From contig OZ024750.1 in the NCBI GenBank assembly GCA_964016885.1, positions 5,704,001 to 5,768,000 of the forward strand: a stretch of DNA of 64,000 nt, read 5' to 3'. Positions within the stretch are counted from its first letter, which is position 1; every line of letters starts with the position of its first letter. Made by a program: the position numbers and the translations under genes. The notes under the pieces were generated by a model. The model searched no databases, had not been told where the DNA came from, and saw only the letters and a list, made by a program, of their open reading frames with translations. Source of the stretch: Eledone cirrhosa. Taxonomy: Eukaryota. Positions 13,392 through 28,802 of this stretch are shown piece after piece.

Positions 13392-13604
13392 TTTCTACAA
13401 TAGGCACAAGGCCAGCAATTTTGGGGGTGGGGAAAGTCAATTAAATCGACCCCAGTGTTTTACTGGTACTTTATTCGATCGACCACATAAGGATGAAAGG
13501 CAAAGCTAACCTCGGCAGGATTTGAACTCAGATCGTAAAGGGGCGTAACCTTATGCCATAAAGCATATTGACCGACGCTCTACTGATACTGCCAATCCAC
13601 CACC
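13392..13604 (-). mobile_element. SINE family 1, long form
   Basis: Full consensus including the extra GTCGATTTAATTGACTTTCCCCACCCCC segment. Confidence 0.9.
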
Positions 13605-13641
<37 letters not shown>

Positions 13642-13986
13642 TAATAATGATAATAATGATGATGATGATAAAAACGACAACGATGACGATGATGTGACGA
13701 TAATGATATTGATGAGGGTGGTAGTGTTGTTGTTGTTGCTGTCGTAGTTATCGTCGGCGTCGGTGAAGGCGGAGGCGATGAGGATGCTAAAAATAATAAC
13801 AACAATAAAATACAAGCAAGAAATGTGATTCTCTGGGGACCATTATGTAAAAAACCTCTACATGATTCATAAGGACCATCATTTTAGGCTATATTTTAAT
13901 ATTTTATAAATGTTAATCTTCCATCAACGTTACACAGAAAACTTTCTATTTAGCTATTAGAAAAAAGAAATATATATATAAAAAAT

Positions 13987-14018
<32 letters not shown>

Positions 14019-14284
14019 AAAAATAATATAAATAATAATCATTATTACTATTTTAATATTATTTTTTTTGTCTCGATCGGCTTATTTCTATTGCGTGCTT
14101 TCACTGTACAACGGAACAAAGTTTTCTGTGACTCGCTTACTTGGCCGTTTTTTGTTTGGCTTTGTGTTTTCTATCATAATAAATAAATGTTGAATGTTTA
14201 AAAGAATCAAGTATATATAGAGGGAAAAAAAAGAAACCTGTTGATCGATAAGATCCCAGAACTCATTCGTTTAACGAGTGCAGT

Positions 14285-14398
14285 GGATCTCGTCAGACCG
14301 GACTGAGGAAACAATGTTTCCATTGGTCTTTCCAATTGCTAATACTATTTATACTTCGTCACAAGTCCAGGCAGCAGGAGCAGCGTGAAGTAAAGTGT

Positions 14399-14401
<3 letters not shown>
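14285..14401 (-). mobile_element. SINE family 2, 3' fragment
   Basis: GGACTGAGGAAACAATGTTTCCATTGGTCTTTCC matches 1120-1155. Confidence 0.7.
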
Positions 14402-14445
<44 letters not shown>

Positions 14446-14544
14446 TGCGATGAAATATCAATGATGGTTGGCAAATCACTGACGAAGGACTATTTTTATC
14501 ATATGTAACCCATGTGCAACCACGCAGTATTCTTCTTTCTTCTC

Positions 14545-14584
<40 letters not shown>

Positions 14585-15049
14585 TACATACACACACACA
14601 CATATATATTTATATATGAATGCATGTTAGGTAGTATGCTGTATGTTTAATTTAAAACATTTAGGAGACCATTCGCTATGAGTTTTAAAGTAGTGACTAT
14701 ATCACTTACTTATTCTCAGCAAAAACAAGAGAGTCATCAATTGCACTGTTTAATCAGCTCTTGAGAGGAAGGAGAAAGACAGAGCAAGGAGAGCAATGAG
14801 AAAAGGAGAGCAAGGAGAGAAAAGAGAAAAGGAGAGCAAGGAGAACAGAGAGAAAAGGAGAGCAAGGAGAGGAAGGAGAAAATGAGAGCATGGAGAAAAA
14901 GAGAGCAGGGAGAAAAGGAGAGCAAGGAGAGCAATGAGAAGGAGGTAAGGAAGGGGAGGTACTGGAGTAAGGGGAAGGGGAAGTGGAGGAATTGGATGAT
15001 GAGGAGGAGAGGAGCATATATACATATATCAGTATGTAGTTATATATAT

Positions 15050-15080
<31 letters not shown>

Positions 15081-15374
15081 GGAGGAGGTTCTAACACCAG
15101 ATAACACCTATCCCCCACATTTACGAATAGACTTATCTTCTCACACTCACACACACACACTCACATACTTACACCTTCATGCATTCTCCCACACACTTAA
15201 ACAGGCATGTATATAAAAAAAAAACCCCTAAACAAACCCCTTTTAAAGGGAGACTACTCTTTATCCACCTAATTTTAACTATTTGCCATTAGAGATAGAA
15301 CAGATACGCTATACTATTTCCTGTCAGCATGGCTTGGCAAGATATTTAGAACGCTGGTTTGAGACCTTTACTTC

Positions 15375-15409
15375 CCTCTGAAGAAGAGATATTATCTCGA
15401 AAATTAAGG
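15375..15409 (+). ncRNA. minimal type-I hammerhead ribozyme motif
   Basis: cct CTGAAGA a gagat-att-atctc GAAA at TA agg: 3-bp helix I, 5-bp helix II, palindromic AATT at helix III. Confidence 0.55.
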
Positions 15410-15552
15410 ACGTTTAAAATAAATCTAAGGTAAAGGACGAATTGTCAACAATATCTTTTGCAATTGCATTCTTTTTTCTATGTCCATACCTGCATTGTTT
15501 TGGCTTTATTACACATATTCAAACGTTTATATATATATATATATATATATAT

Positions 15553-15989
15553 TTAAAAGTTAAACAAGGTTCAATGAATAAATCGAAGAATGAGTTTTAC
15601 AATAGATTGGAAGCACTCAACAGTTTGGTTTTCCAGAGTTATTAATATTAATTCAAAATATTAACAAAATAGATATTCTTGTGATCAAGTATATTTTATT
15701 ATACATATTTCAGAGATACTGAGTTAACTTCAACAGTACGTCCTCATCAGATAAAATAAGATGATACATGACATACCCTGACATAGTAGATGGTTGAGAT
15801 TCAGTCGTGGTAGTGAGTAATATATGACAAAACTCAATATTTATATACCTTAATATTGAGAACATGAGAAATATATATAATACATACAATAGAGAGGGTG
15901 CGTGTGAGATAGCTTTAAAAATACTTGGCATCAATATAACTGTTAAATAATTTAAATTACTGAAGAAAGAGGAAAGAAAAGAAAGCATT

Positions 15990-15991
<2 letters not shown>
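15553..15991 (-). mobile_element. TA-flanked HHR-bearing element (family D-like)
   Basis: (TA)n on both sides, HHR at 15692-15758, and downstream GAGTGC motif near 15615. Confidence 0.65.
15692..15758 (-). ncRNA. type-I hammerhead ribozyme motif
   Basis: tattttat CTGATGA ggacgtactg...cagtatctct GAAA tatgta TA ataaaata: perfect 8-bp helix I; helix II pairs at 9 of the first 10 positions. Confidence 0.85.
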
Positions 15992-16065
<74 letters not shown>

Positions 16066-16067
<2 letters not shown>

Positions 16068-16338
16068 TGGGATTGCCTGGATATGTCCACATAAATCTCT
16101 CTAAGAAGAAAAAAGAAAATGGCTGAGATAGGGAACAGTATACCGCTTTGAACAGAATTAATCGTTGCGTGTACTATGTTCCAACTTCAAGGCGTTTGAG
16201 GGTCGCCTGACAGTTGTCCGATTGAGCTGAAATTTTGCCCACCCCGTTGTTTTGTTGATTGAAACAAGATCAGGGTGTGGGAGCAGCAAAATTAAATTTA
16301 ACTTTCGGAAAATACCTATTGCTAAGGGCCACCCTAAT
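16066..16338 (-). mobile_element. possible DNA transposon end fragment
   Basis: Reverse strand begins TATTAGGGTGGCCC. Internal CCGATTGAGCTGAAATTTTG motif is common in Tc1/mariner-type MITEs. No partner TIR seen. Confidence 0.35.
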
Positions 16339-16366
16339 ATATATATGTATATATATAAATACACAC

Positions 16367-16572
<206 letters not shown>

Positions 16573-16613
16573 CGAAACATAAGTCAATTGCATGAACTCA
16601 TAATCCCTTATTT

Positions 16614-16669
16614 ACTGCTATATATATTTCGATGATAGCCATTGAATGGCTATGACCTCATCAGGCAGT
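16614..16669 (-). ncRNA. type-I hammerhead ribozyme motif
   Basis: actgc CTGATGA ggtcatagccat-tca-atggctatcatc GAAA tatata TA gcagt: 5-bp helix I, helix II with 11 of 12 pairs, 2-bp helix III with palindromic AUAU loop. Confidence 0.88.
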
Positions 16670-16741
16670 TAGTCAGTTCTTAGAGTTGCCATCTCTGTGT
16701 TTATGGTGTTGTTGGTATCACACACACACACACACACGCAC

Positions 16742-16798
<57 letters not shown>

Positions 16799-17064
16799 GT
16801 AAACAGAAATAACAAAGCAAACGACACGGTACATTGGAAAAAAGAAATAAATATGTGTATATGTATGTATGTATGTATGCATGTATATATGTATGTACAT
16901 ATATATCTATGTGTCTATCTATCCATCTATCTATTATCTATCTATCTATATATGTGTATACTGCCATTTGTCTATAATATATACCATCCAGGCTACTATA
17001 CACTCCCACCCCACAAGAATCTTACATGTATTTGTCTTATCAAGTTAGATATTTATGTTTACAT

Positions 17065-17234
17065 GTATATACACATTTATATATATACACATATATATTT
17101 ATATATATACACATATATATTTATATATATACATATATATTTATACATATATATTTATATATATACATATATATTTATACATATATATTTATACATATAT
17201 ATTTATATATATACATATATATTTATATATATAC

Positions 17235-17331
<97 letters not shown>

Positions 17332-17527
17332 ATATTTATATATATTTATATATATATGTATATTTATATATATATGTATATATATTTATATATATATGTA
17401 TATTTATATATATTTATATATATTTATATATATACATATATATTTATATATATACATATATATTTATAAATATACATATATATATATATATTTATATATA
17501 TTTATATATATACATATATATTTATAA

Positions 17528-17611
<84 letters not shown>

Positions 17612-17628
17612 TTATATTTATATTTATA

Positions 17629-17699
<71 letters not shown>

Positions 17700-17710
17700 T
17701 GGAAAATATG

Positions 17711-17752
<42 letters not shown>

Positions 17753-17755
17753 CAT
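17065..17755. repeat. degenerate (TA)n tract
   Basis: Direct reading. Confidence 0.95.
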
Positions 17756-18060
17756 ATTTTCCAATGTTTTATTTCACCATTTTGTTAATCAGATAACATG
17801 GAGAACCATGCAGGATTCATGGCAGCAATATATGTTGTTTTCGTTGCGATTCATGTTATTGATATCAGCGTTGTCGGTTCATATCTTTCTGTTGTTGTTG
17901 TTGTTGTTGTTGTTGATATCGTTGATAATATTGCTGTTGTTGTAGTTGATGTAAACTTCATAATATTTTTTTCTTTCTTTTTTGTTTTTTAAATATCTTA
18001 TTTGTTAAAATAATAAATATTGAGCGAACATTGTCAAAATAGATGTACTTTGTTTACCAA

Positions 18061-18548
18061 TGATGGTGTTGTTAGTGTTGTTGTTGTTGTTGTTAGTGTT
18101 GTTGTTGTTAGTGTTGTTGTTGTTGTTAGTGATGTTGTTGTTGTTAGTGCTGTTGTTGTTGTTGTTGTTGTTAGTGCTGTTGTTGTTGTTGTTGTTGTTA
18201 GTGCTGTTGTTGTTGTTGTTGTTGTTAGTGCTGTTGTTGTTGTTGTTGTTGTTAGTGCTGTTGTTATTGCTGTTGTTGTTATTGTTGCTGTTGTTGTTAG
18301 TGCTGTTGTTGTTGTTAGTGCTGTTGATGTTGTTGTTGTTGTTGTTGTTGTTGTTAGTGCTGTTGTTATTGATGTTGTTGTTGTTAGTGCTGTTGTTATT
18401 GATGTTGTTGTTAGTGCTGTTGTTGTTGTTAGTGTTTTTGTTAGTGCTGTTGATATTGTTGTTGTTAGTGCTGTTGATGTTGTTATTGTTGTTGTTTAGT
18501 GCGTTTGCTGTTGTTGTTGTTGTTGTTGTTAGTGTCGTTGTTGTTGTT
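18061..18548. repeat. (GTT)n repeat with AGTGCT interruptions
   Basis: Direct reading. Confidence 0.95.
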
Positions 18549-19095
18549 CTTCTTTTATTAAATAAAGGGTCCCCCACCTCATCCTCATCCTCACCATTAT
18601 TATTATTATTATTATTATTATTAGTAGTATTATCATTATTAATAATATTATTGTTATTATTAATGGCATTACCGCTTCAGTAGAAATATTATTATTATTA
18701 GTAACAGTTGAATTCTTGTTATCTTCTTTTATCATTGTTATAAATATATTTTGATAAAACAAAAAATAAATGGCGGTGGTGCCTTCAACTCTACAGCCAA
18801 TAGTTTTGCATGCCAGCTGAGACATACAATGGATCAATACACGTCATACACACACATACATACAGTCAGTCAGACTTGCACACATACGCACACATACACT
18901 CATATTTACGCACGTATACACACACACATTACACTCACACAAACACTCACACACATATGTAGATATACAAGGTTTTCTTTTATACATATACTTACGTAGA
19001 TATATACAATTCAAATAAACATGGTAGTTAATTATATATCTATATATACATACATATATACATATATTTTTTTTTTCTGTGATATATATATATAA

Positions 19096-19136
<41 letters not shown>

Positions 19137-19220
19137 TATAATATATACATACATATATACATATATATATATACATACATATACATATACATACATATAT
19201 ACATATATATATATACATAC

Positions 19221-19267
<47 letters not shown>

Positions 19268-19555
19268 ACGATCCACATACAGAATACACACGAACATAGA
19301 TTTTCACACACGTTATCATATATTCATATCTTTGTGTAAGAATAAGAATGCATACAAGGACTTTCTACACTTCGGAGATATATTTGTATGAAAAACTAGA
19401 TAAATTATATTTATAATTTGAAGTTATCTATATTAATATAACTTATACATATGTATATCTATACACACATACAGAGGCTCTCTCTCAAACAAACAAGCAC
19501 ACACACACATACACCTGCCTGTACGTATGTGTTTGGATACATACCTGTGCATATA

Positions 19556-19695
19556 GGAAGGTACATGGCTTAGTGGTTAGAGCATTGGGCTTGCAATCGA
19601 AAGGTTGTGAGTTCAATTCTCGGGTGATGTGTTGTTTCCTTGAGCAAGGACATTTTATTTCACGTTGCTCCAGTTTACTCAGCTGTAGAAATGAG
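19556..19695 (+). mobile_element. SINE family 2 variant
   Basis: A box TGGCTTAGTGG, B box GAGTTCAATTC, then TTCCTTGAGCAAGGACATTTTATTTCACGTTGCTCC. Confidence 0.8.
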
Positions 19696-19937
19696 ATGAT
19701 AGGACTGGGGTCCCTGTCATTAAATTACCCAAGACACCTCCAACGAGATATACCTTGGAGGGGGCCAGCTAAACCTGCATAGGTGTGAGCTGTAACAACA
19801 ACAACAACACCAACATATGGGAGATATAGACTTTGTATGGTATGTCTGTTACTCCGTACGTGTGACAGTCGAGAGAGAAAATAAAATTAAGAGCCAGAAA
19901 TACATTTAAAAAACAACTTCGGTTCTGATATATATAT

Positions 19938-19977
<40 letters not shown>

Positions 19978-20015
19978 CTGTATATATATATATATATATA
20001 TACTGTATATATATA

Positions 20016-20049
<34 letters not shown>

Positions 20050-20117
20050 TGTATATATATATATATATATACTGTATATATATATATATATATATATATA
20101 CTGTATATATATATATA

Positions 20118-20148
<31 letters not shown>

Positions 20149-20155
20149 CGTTTAT

Positions 20156-20490
20156 CCCGGTTTCAATCGGGGGGTAACCACAGTAAGTAAGGTACTCAAT
20201 ACAAAGCAGAGTATAAATATTTAATATAGAAAAGTTTCTACAGGACTAGAACTGTTTCATTCGGGAGATATCATCAGGAAGCTGGCTGTCTAAGTAATAT
20301 GGTGGTATATATATACTTTCTGGTGGTAGGAGAGGGTGGTGATTGGATGGGTGGAGGTCATTGTTTGATGGGTTTAATGAAAAGGGAATTCTTAAAAAAC
20401 TATATTTAGAATAACAAAGGCAGAACCCGAGTGAAACAGTTCTAGTCCTGTAGAAGCCTTGGATTTTAGTCTTCACATTTATTATTATTA
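20156..20490. mobile_element. TA-flanked element, family B
   Basis: First ~110 bp match 9537-9650. Internal 30-bp inverted repeat at 20236-20265 and 20426-20455. The end TTGGATTTTAGTCTTCA is shared with 3331-3347. Confidence 0.8.
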
Positions 20491-21589
20491 TATATATATA
20501 TATTATTATTATATATATATATATTATATTATTATCATATATATATATATAGTATATATATGCATGAATTTCTAAACGGACTTCGTAACCTCATAACCCT
20601 GCATGCGAAGTGTAGATGTATATCTATTCTAGAGAGACTGTGACCGAGAACTATATATAGTGCTCCATAAACGAAGTATCAAACGTACTCTTGTTGCTGA
20701 TGTGTAAATACGAAGAAGAATTCAATCTTACATCTTCCTATTTATGTCCTAAATAATCGATTTTTCTTATCGAACAGTAAAAGCTGGTCAATGTGGAAAT
20801 TTTAAAATTTGTATAGCAAGACTGAGAGAACCATTAATATACGTAAAATTTCAATTAAATTAGATAGCAGTCATTATTCTGAAATGAAAACCTATATATT
20901 TCGATATGTCAGTGAAATGTCAATAAAAAAGATACAAAAAGAAACAAAAAATATATAAACGAATAACAATGCTAATATAAAAAAAAAATATGAACAAAAA
21001 GAGGCATTAAAATCTATTATAAAAATAACAACAGAAGTTTGTGAACAATAGATGAATTAAAACACGTCCCATGTCTGTTGCAGATCGCTTTTGTACCTCT
21101 GCTAAATATATCGTCCTTTTTATATCGTATACTGAACTCTAAACATTTCATTTTAAATTCAATTAGGTACCTTTTTATAACAAACTAATTTCAAAATAGA
21201 ATTCAATTAGTCAAATACTTTAAAAATATTACTGCATAAATATTTCAGTACCTCTCTTTTGTTGGTTTCTTTGCAGAAGAAAAATGAAAAAGAAAAACAA
21301 GAAAAAAACAAACAAACAGAATTAGATGAAAAAAACAACAAACATACACACAAAAAACTACCTTGCAAATGTTTTCATTCCAATAACCACGGTTATAATA
21401 TTATTACTTTTTTATCTTTTACGACAATAATTTCGTTAGAAATATTGTATCATGTAATATTTGGATTATTTCTGTCTATTCATGGAAGACTGTCCTTTCC
21501 ATTTTCTCAACCCATTTATTAGTGATTATAAAAGCATAACATGGACGCCATTTTCGGCCGCACCACATGCACACCTTATAAATACACAC

Positions 21590-21622
<33 letters not shown>

Positions 21623-21796
21623 AATACATACATACACTCGTATATATATGATATATGAATATATAAGTGTGTGTGCATTATGCATGTGTGTAGCAAAAAT
21701 AATAAAGTTTTGGAGATGCACATAATATATAATATACATATATATACATATACATATATATATATATATACATATATTACACCCACACCCATACCC

Positions 21797-21901
<105 letters not shown>

Positions 21902-22198
21902 GCGTGTGCGTGTGTGCGTGTATAGTTCTTTTGGGGAAAAACACACACTCAAAAAGAAAAGAAAACAAACAAACAAGAAGAAATCATAAAACTGGAAAAG
22001 CAAAACCAAAAAACTAATCATAACTGGTTTGGATGACAAGTCAATGAAATTATGGCAAAACATTATTCCCAGGACTAAAGAGAGAATAATACGGTGAGAA
22101 GAACAAAAGCAATGATTACAGAAGTAGAATAAGAGAGAAGAATTAGAGAGAAGAGGTAGAGAGAAGAAGTAGAGAGAGAGAGAGAGAGAGAGAAGAGA

Positions 22199-22239
<41 letters not shown>

Positions 22240-22247
22240 GAGAGAGA

Positions 22248-22293
<46 letters not shown>

Positions 22294-22345
22294 AATGCTC
22301 GTAATATAAATTGTATGATGATGAAACAGCTATCAAAATCTATGC

Positions 22346-22830
22346 TTCATCATCACCAGCAGCATTATAACCATCACCATCAGCACCACCAGCACCATCA
22401 CCAGCACTATCACCACCAGCACTACCGCCACCAGCACCACCAGCACCATCACCAGCACTATCACCACCAGCACTACCGACACCAGCACCACCAGCACTAC
22501 CGCCACCAGCACCACCACCACCAGCACTATCACAACCAGAACCAGCACTACTGCCACCAGCACTACCACCACCACCACTACCACCACCAGCACTACCACC
22601 ACCAGCACAACCACCACCACTACCACCAGCACTACCACCAGTACCGCCACCAATATCACTGACCGCACCATCATCACCACCACTACCACCAGCACCATCA
22701 CCAAAACCACCACCAATATCACCACCCACACCACCAGCACCTCCGCCACCATCACCACCACCATCACCACCACAACCACCACCACCACCACCACCACCAG
22801 CACCACCACAACCACCGCCACTAGCACTAG
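22346..22830. repeat. (CAC/CAG/CAT)n repeat
   Basis: Direct reading. Confidence 0.93.
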
Positions 22831-23330
22831 AACCACAGCTATCACAGTTTGTTTACCAAACTACTATCAACAAGATGGCCGTGTTCTTCGAAATGCAGTG
22901 AAATTTACAGAGAAACAGATTATAGTGAAATGCAATCGATTCATCAGCGTTTAGTAAATTCTTCGTCATCAATAACAGCATCCATAGATTTATCTGCAAC
23001 GAAACTATCCCGATCATTATTTGCAGAGCAGATAACCTTTTTGTTTAAACAACAATTCGATTACAATCACCCAAATGGGGATTGAGTTATTGATTACTAT
23101 CACTAATTAGCCATCGTTATGTGAATATTGATCTTGGCCAATAATTTTGTATTTCGGAAGTTAGAATCTAAAATGTTTGGAAATGATTAAAATTTTATAA
23201 ATGAATTAAACTCTGCAAAGGCGAATGGCTGGATATGTACATTAGTTTCAAATGATACACAGACTGCGTGGTTGTGCACGTTCCGCTAAATGTATGTATG
23301 CATTTATACGTGTTATACGTGTGTATATGT

Positions 23331-24515
<1,185 letters not shown>

Positions 24516-24870
24516 AGCAGAAGGGATATTAAATTGTTGGTAATTCAACAAATATAAATGTTTATAACTGATTCAGAGCACTCTACAGTTTTTCTAGTAT
24601 AATATACAATGATATTAAATAAATGGAAACTCTATTTATAAAACCATATTTATTCTATTATATACATTCCAAGGGTACCAAAATTTGACTATCCAAAGAT
24701 AACTTGAACCGTTAAGGTATATTCTCCTTGGTTATGTCGAAATTTATAAAACACACTTCGTATTTTATCTGATGATAGCGTATCAAAACTTTGGTACCCT
24801 TGAAATATATATAATATAACAAATATGGTTTTATAAATATAGTTGCCATTTATTTAATATCATTGTATAT
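24516..24870. mobile_element. TA-flanked HHR-bearing foldback element, family D
   Basis: Imperfect ~80-bp arms at 24602-24682 and 24790-24870. Homologous to 50456-50817 in the opposite orientation. Confidence 0.8.
24761..24821 (+). ncRNA. degenerate type-I hammerhead ribozyme motif
   Basis: tattttat CTGATGA tagcgtatcaaa-ac-tttggtaccctt GAAA tatata TA atataaca: core intact, with mismatches in helix I and at the first pair of helix II. Confidence 0.65.
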
Positions 24871-24932
24871 ATATATATATATATTTAACTGTAAAAATTG
24901 CCTCCTGTGTTTGTTTGTTTCAAATTATCATT

Positions 24933-25023
24933 CTTTGCCTTTCATCCTTATGGGGTCGATAAAATAAAGTACCAGTAATACACTGGGTAATTGCTGGCCT
25001 TGTGCCAAAAGTAGAAACAATTA
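24933..25023 (+). mobile_element. SINE family 1, 5'-truncated
   Basis: Core plus tail match to the consensus. Confidence 0.88.
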
Positions 25024-25201
25024 TATATATATATATATACACACACATATACATATACACATACACATATATATATATATATGTAGGTAGATAGATACAT
25101 GTACGTCTATATATTAAACGCAAAACTTTGTTTATCTTGGCACAACGTCATTTCCCAACAAATCTTGAAAAGCATTCACAGAGATCCAGATCCTTCTTAT
25201 A

Positions 25202-25315
<114 letters not shown>

Positions 25316-25409
25316 TATGTGCGTGAGTGTTTATGTTTACATAAGTAAACCTTCATGAATAAATAAATTAATGGTGACATCTATATGAATAGAAAATGTT
25401 CACATCTGA

Positions 25410-25473
<64 letters not shown>

Positions 25474-25475
<2 letters not shown>

Positions 25476-25563
25476 GAAAATGTATGACCCCGACGGCAGA
25501 GCTCAAGCCGTTTCGACGGCTATTTCTGGACTCCATCTGGTTCCTTACCACAACTGCTTCGTT
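25474..25563. mobile_element. internally deleted family A element
   Basis: One hairpin arm fused to the family end, with (TA)n on both sides. Confidence 0.8.
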
Positions 25564-25585
25564 ATATATATATATATATATATAT

Positions 25586-25800
25586 ATAAATTAATAAAAA
25601 TAATGAATAAAAACAAAGAAAATTTTTTAATATAAGGAACTGTTTCTTTGTTTTTATTCATTATTTTTATTAATTTATGTTGACTCTGTTTTCCTGTGTT
25701 TTTCATCGAAAAAATTTTGAATACATCTTCTCTTTTCATGATATTTGGATTACATTGAGTTCTTCATACGGATTGGACACTACCGTATATTTTGGTAGAT
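25586..25800. mobile_element. TA-flanked foldback element
   Basis: 36-bp inverted repeat (25586-25621 and 25643-25678) followed by TTGAGTTC near 25758. Confidence 0.55.
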
Positions 25801-25810
25801 TTATCTACAT

Positions 25811-25861
<51 letters not shown>

Positions 25862-25867
25862 TATATA

Positions 25868-25919
<52 letters not shown>

Positions 25920-26164
25920 CATATATATTTATATACATATATACATATATATATATATACATATATACATATATATATATATACATATATACATATACAT
26001 ATATACATATATATATATATATACATATATACATATACATATATATATACATTGTTATATATATATATCATTTCTGAGGAAGGAACCGGTTTTTACTTTT
26101 ACGAGGCAATGGTTATGTAACATTTCTTACACACATACACATATATATCCGAGTGTGTGTGTGT

Positions 26165-26204
<40 letters not shown>

Positions 26205-26606
26205 ACTTATAATGAAACCATTAAATATCATAGATGGAAGCCAACATCAATAATCTTCTGTAAAGCTCAAGTTAAGCGTGTTAGCAGCCATTATAAATAA
26301 GGAAAACATGAGAAATTGGAACCACAAAATTCTAGCCAACAACAGATAATAGAAGTACAATTGCTACTTTCATAATGTATACACAGTAGACGGTAACTAC
26401 GTTGAGAATCCTATATATACGGCTCCTAACAGATAAAACATTGTTTAAGCCGGCACCAGTTATTCAGTAGTTATTTCTAACTAATTCTAGAACATTTAAA
26501 TCACTGTAAAGAGGACTAGTTACAATACTGGCAATACTTAAGTTCAGCAGCTCCCATACTATTAAAAACAGACTCTTTGATACTAAACATGCTATACACA
26601 ATCAAA

Positions 26607-27155
26607 TAATTGTTTCTACTTTTGGCACAAGGCCAGCAATCAACCAGTACATTACTGGTACTTTATTTTATCGACCCCGTAGTTATTTTATCGACCCCAA
26701 AGTTAACCTCGGCGGGATTTGAACTCAGATCATAAAGGGCCGTAAGGTTATCAAACTTGAAATTCAAAGCAAAACATTGCATAAACACATTGAAATATTT
26801 TCGTGTGAAAACATCATCTTAAGTACATTAATTGTTTCTACTTTTGGCACAAGGCCCATAATTATCCCAGTGCATTACTGGTACTTTATTTTATCGACCC
26901 CGTAAGGATGAAAGGCAAAGTTAACCTCAGCGGGATTTGAACTCAGACCGTAAAGAGCCATAACTTTATGCTGCAAATAAATCCACTGCCAGACACAAGG
27001 CCAGCAATTACCCCAGTACATTACTGGTACCTTATTTTATCGACCCTGTAAGGATGAAAGGCAAAGTTAACCTCGGCGGGATTTGAACTCAGAATGGCAA
27101 GGGCCGTAACTCTATGCGTCAAAGCATGGTGTCCGACCCTCTACTGATACTGCCA
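26607..27155 (-). mobile_element. cluster of three SINE family 1 copies (26607-26745, 26829-26990, 26994-27155)
   Basis: Consensus matches. The first copy has an internal rearrangement and the second an internal deletion. Confidence 0.88.
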
Positions 27156-27787
27156 GTTCGTACATTAATAGCATGTAGACAGAAATAACGTGAAAGTCAG
27201 AACAAAAGATACTTTTTATGTCTTCGAATTTGAAAAAAATATTTCATTCCTTAATTAGTAAGAAATCAGAAGGAGATCCTTTAGATAACAATTTCCGACC
27301 TTGTCCTAAATAAATGAATAAACAGTAATTAGATAAACTGGATTATTTATTCATCCTAAAATAGAGCGTTTTCAATGCTTCATAAAAGAAATGTTTTCAA
27401 CATTTCTTTAATGAATTCACACCGAACAAAACACCACCATGTTGTTTCAAGAAATATGCAGACGTACTGTACATACACATAGGAGTCAGCAGTCACATAC
27501 ACTCACATACATTTCCAGCTTGCAGTTTAAACGAACACACATACACAGAGCAGAATAAATATAACACCCCACCATATCACCTGAAGAAGGACATATGTAG
27601 CTATTAACTGTAGATAAAACTATGGAGTTATCTTCTCTTTGATATTTTCTCAATATTGCATTTAATTGACACAGACACACACACACGCAGAGTGAGTATG
27701 CTTATATATATGTATAGACTCACATATATATGTTTATACATCTACATGAATATATATATATGAATGTATACACACACACACACACAT

Positions 27788-28452
<665 letters not shown>

Positions 28453-28566
28453 TTGTTTTGCAAGGTTTAATAAATTAACTATGGAGATATAAAAGATACA
28501 GAAGCGAAAAGCAACCAAACAGTGAGTGCGTTCTGTTATTATTTCTAGCAATATTATTACAACACT

Positions 28567-28750
28567 GTGGATTGGCAGTATCGGTAGAGGGTCGGACGCC
28601 ATGCTTTCCAGCATAGTTACGTCCCTTTACGATCTGAGTTCAAATCCCGCCGAGGTTGACTTTGCCTTTCATCCTTATGGGGTCGATAAAATAAAGTACC
28701 AGTAATGCACTGCGTAATTGCTGACCTTGTGCCTAAAGTAGAAACAATTA
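28567..28750 (+). mobile_element. SINE family 1, full length
   Basis: Consensus match with probable TSD ATTATTACA (28553-28561 and 28747-28755). Confidence 0.92.
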
Positions 28751-28802
28751 TTACAGCAATATGACCCACCCCAAGTATAACAATATACATATATATATAT
28801 AT

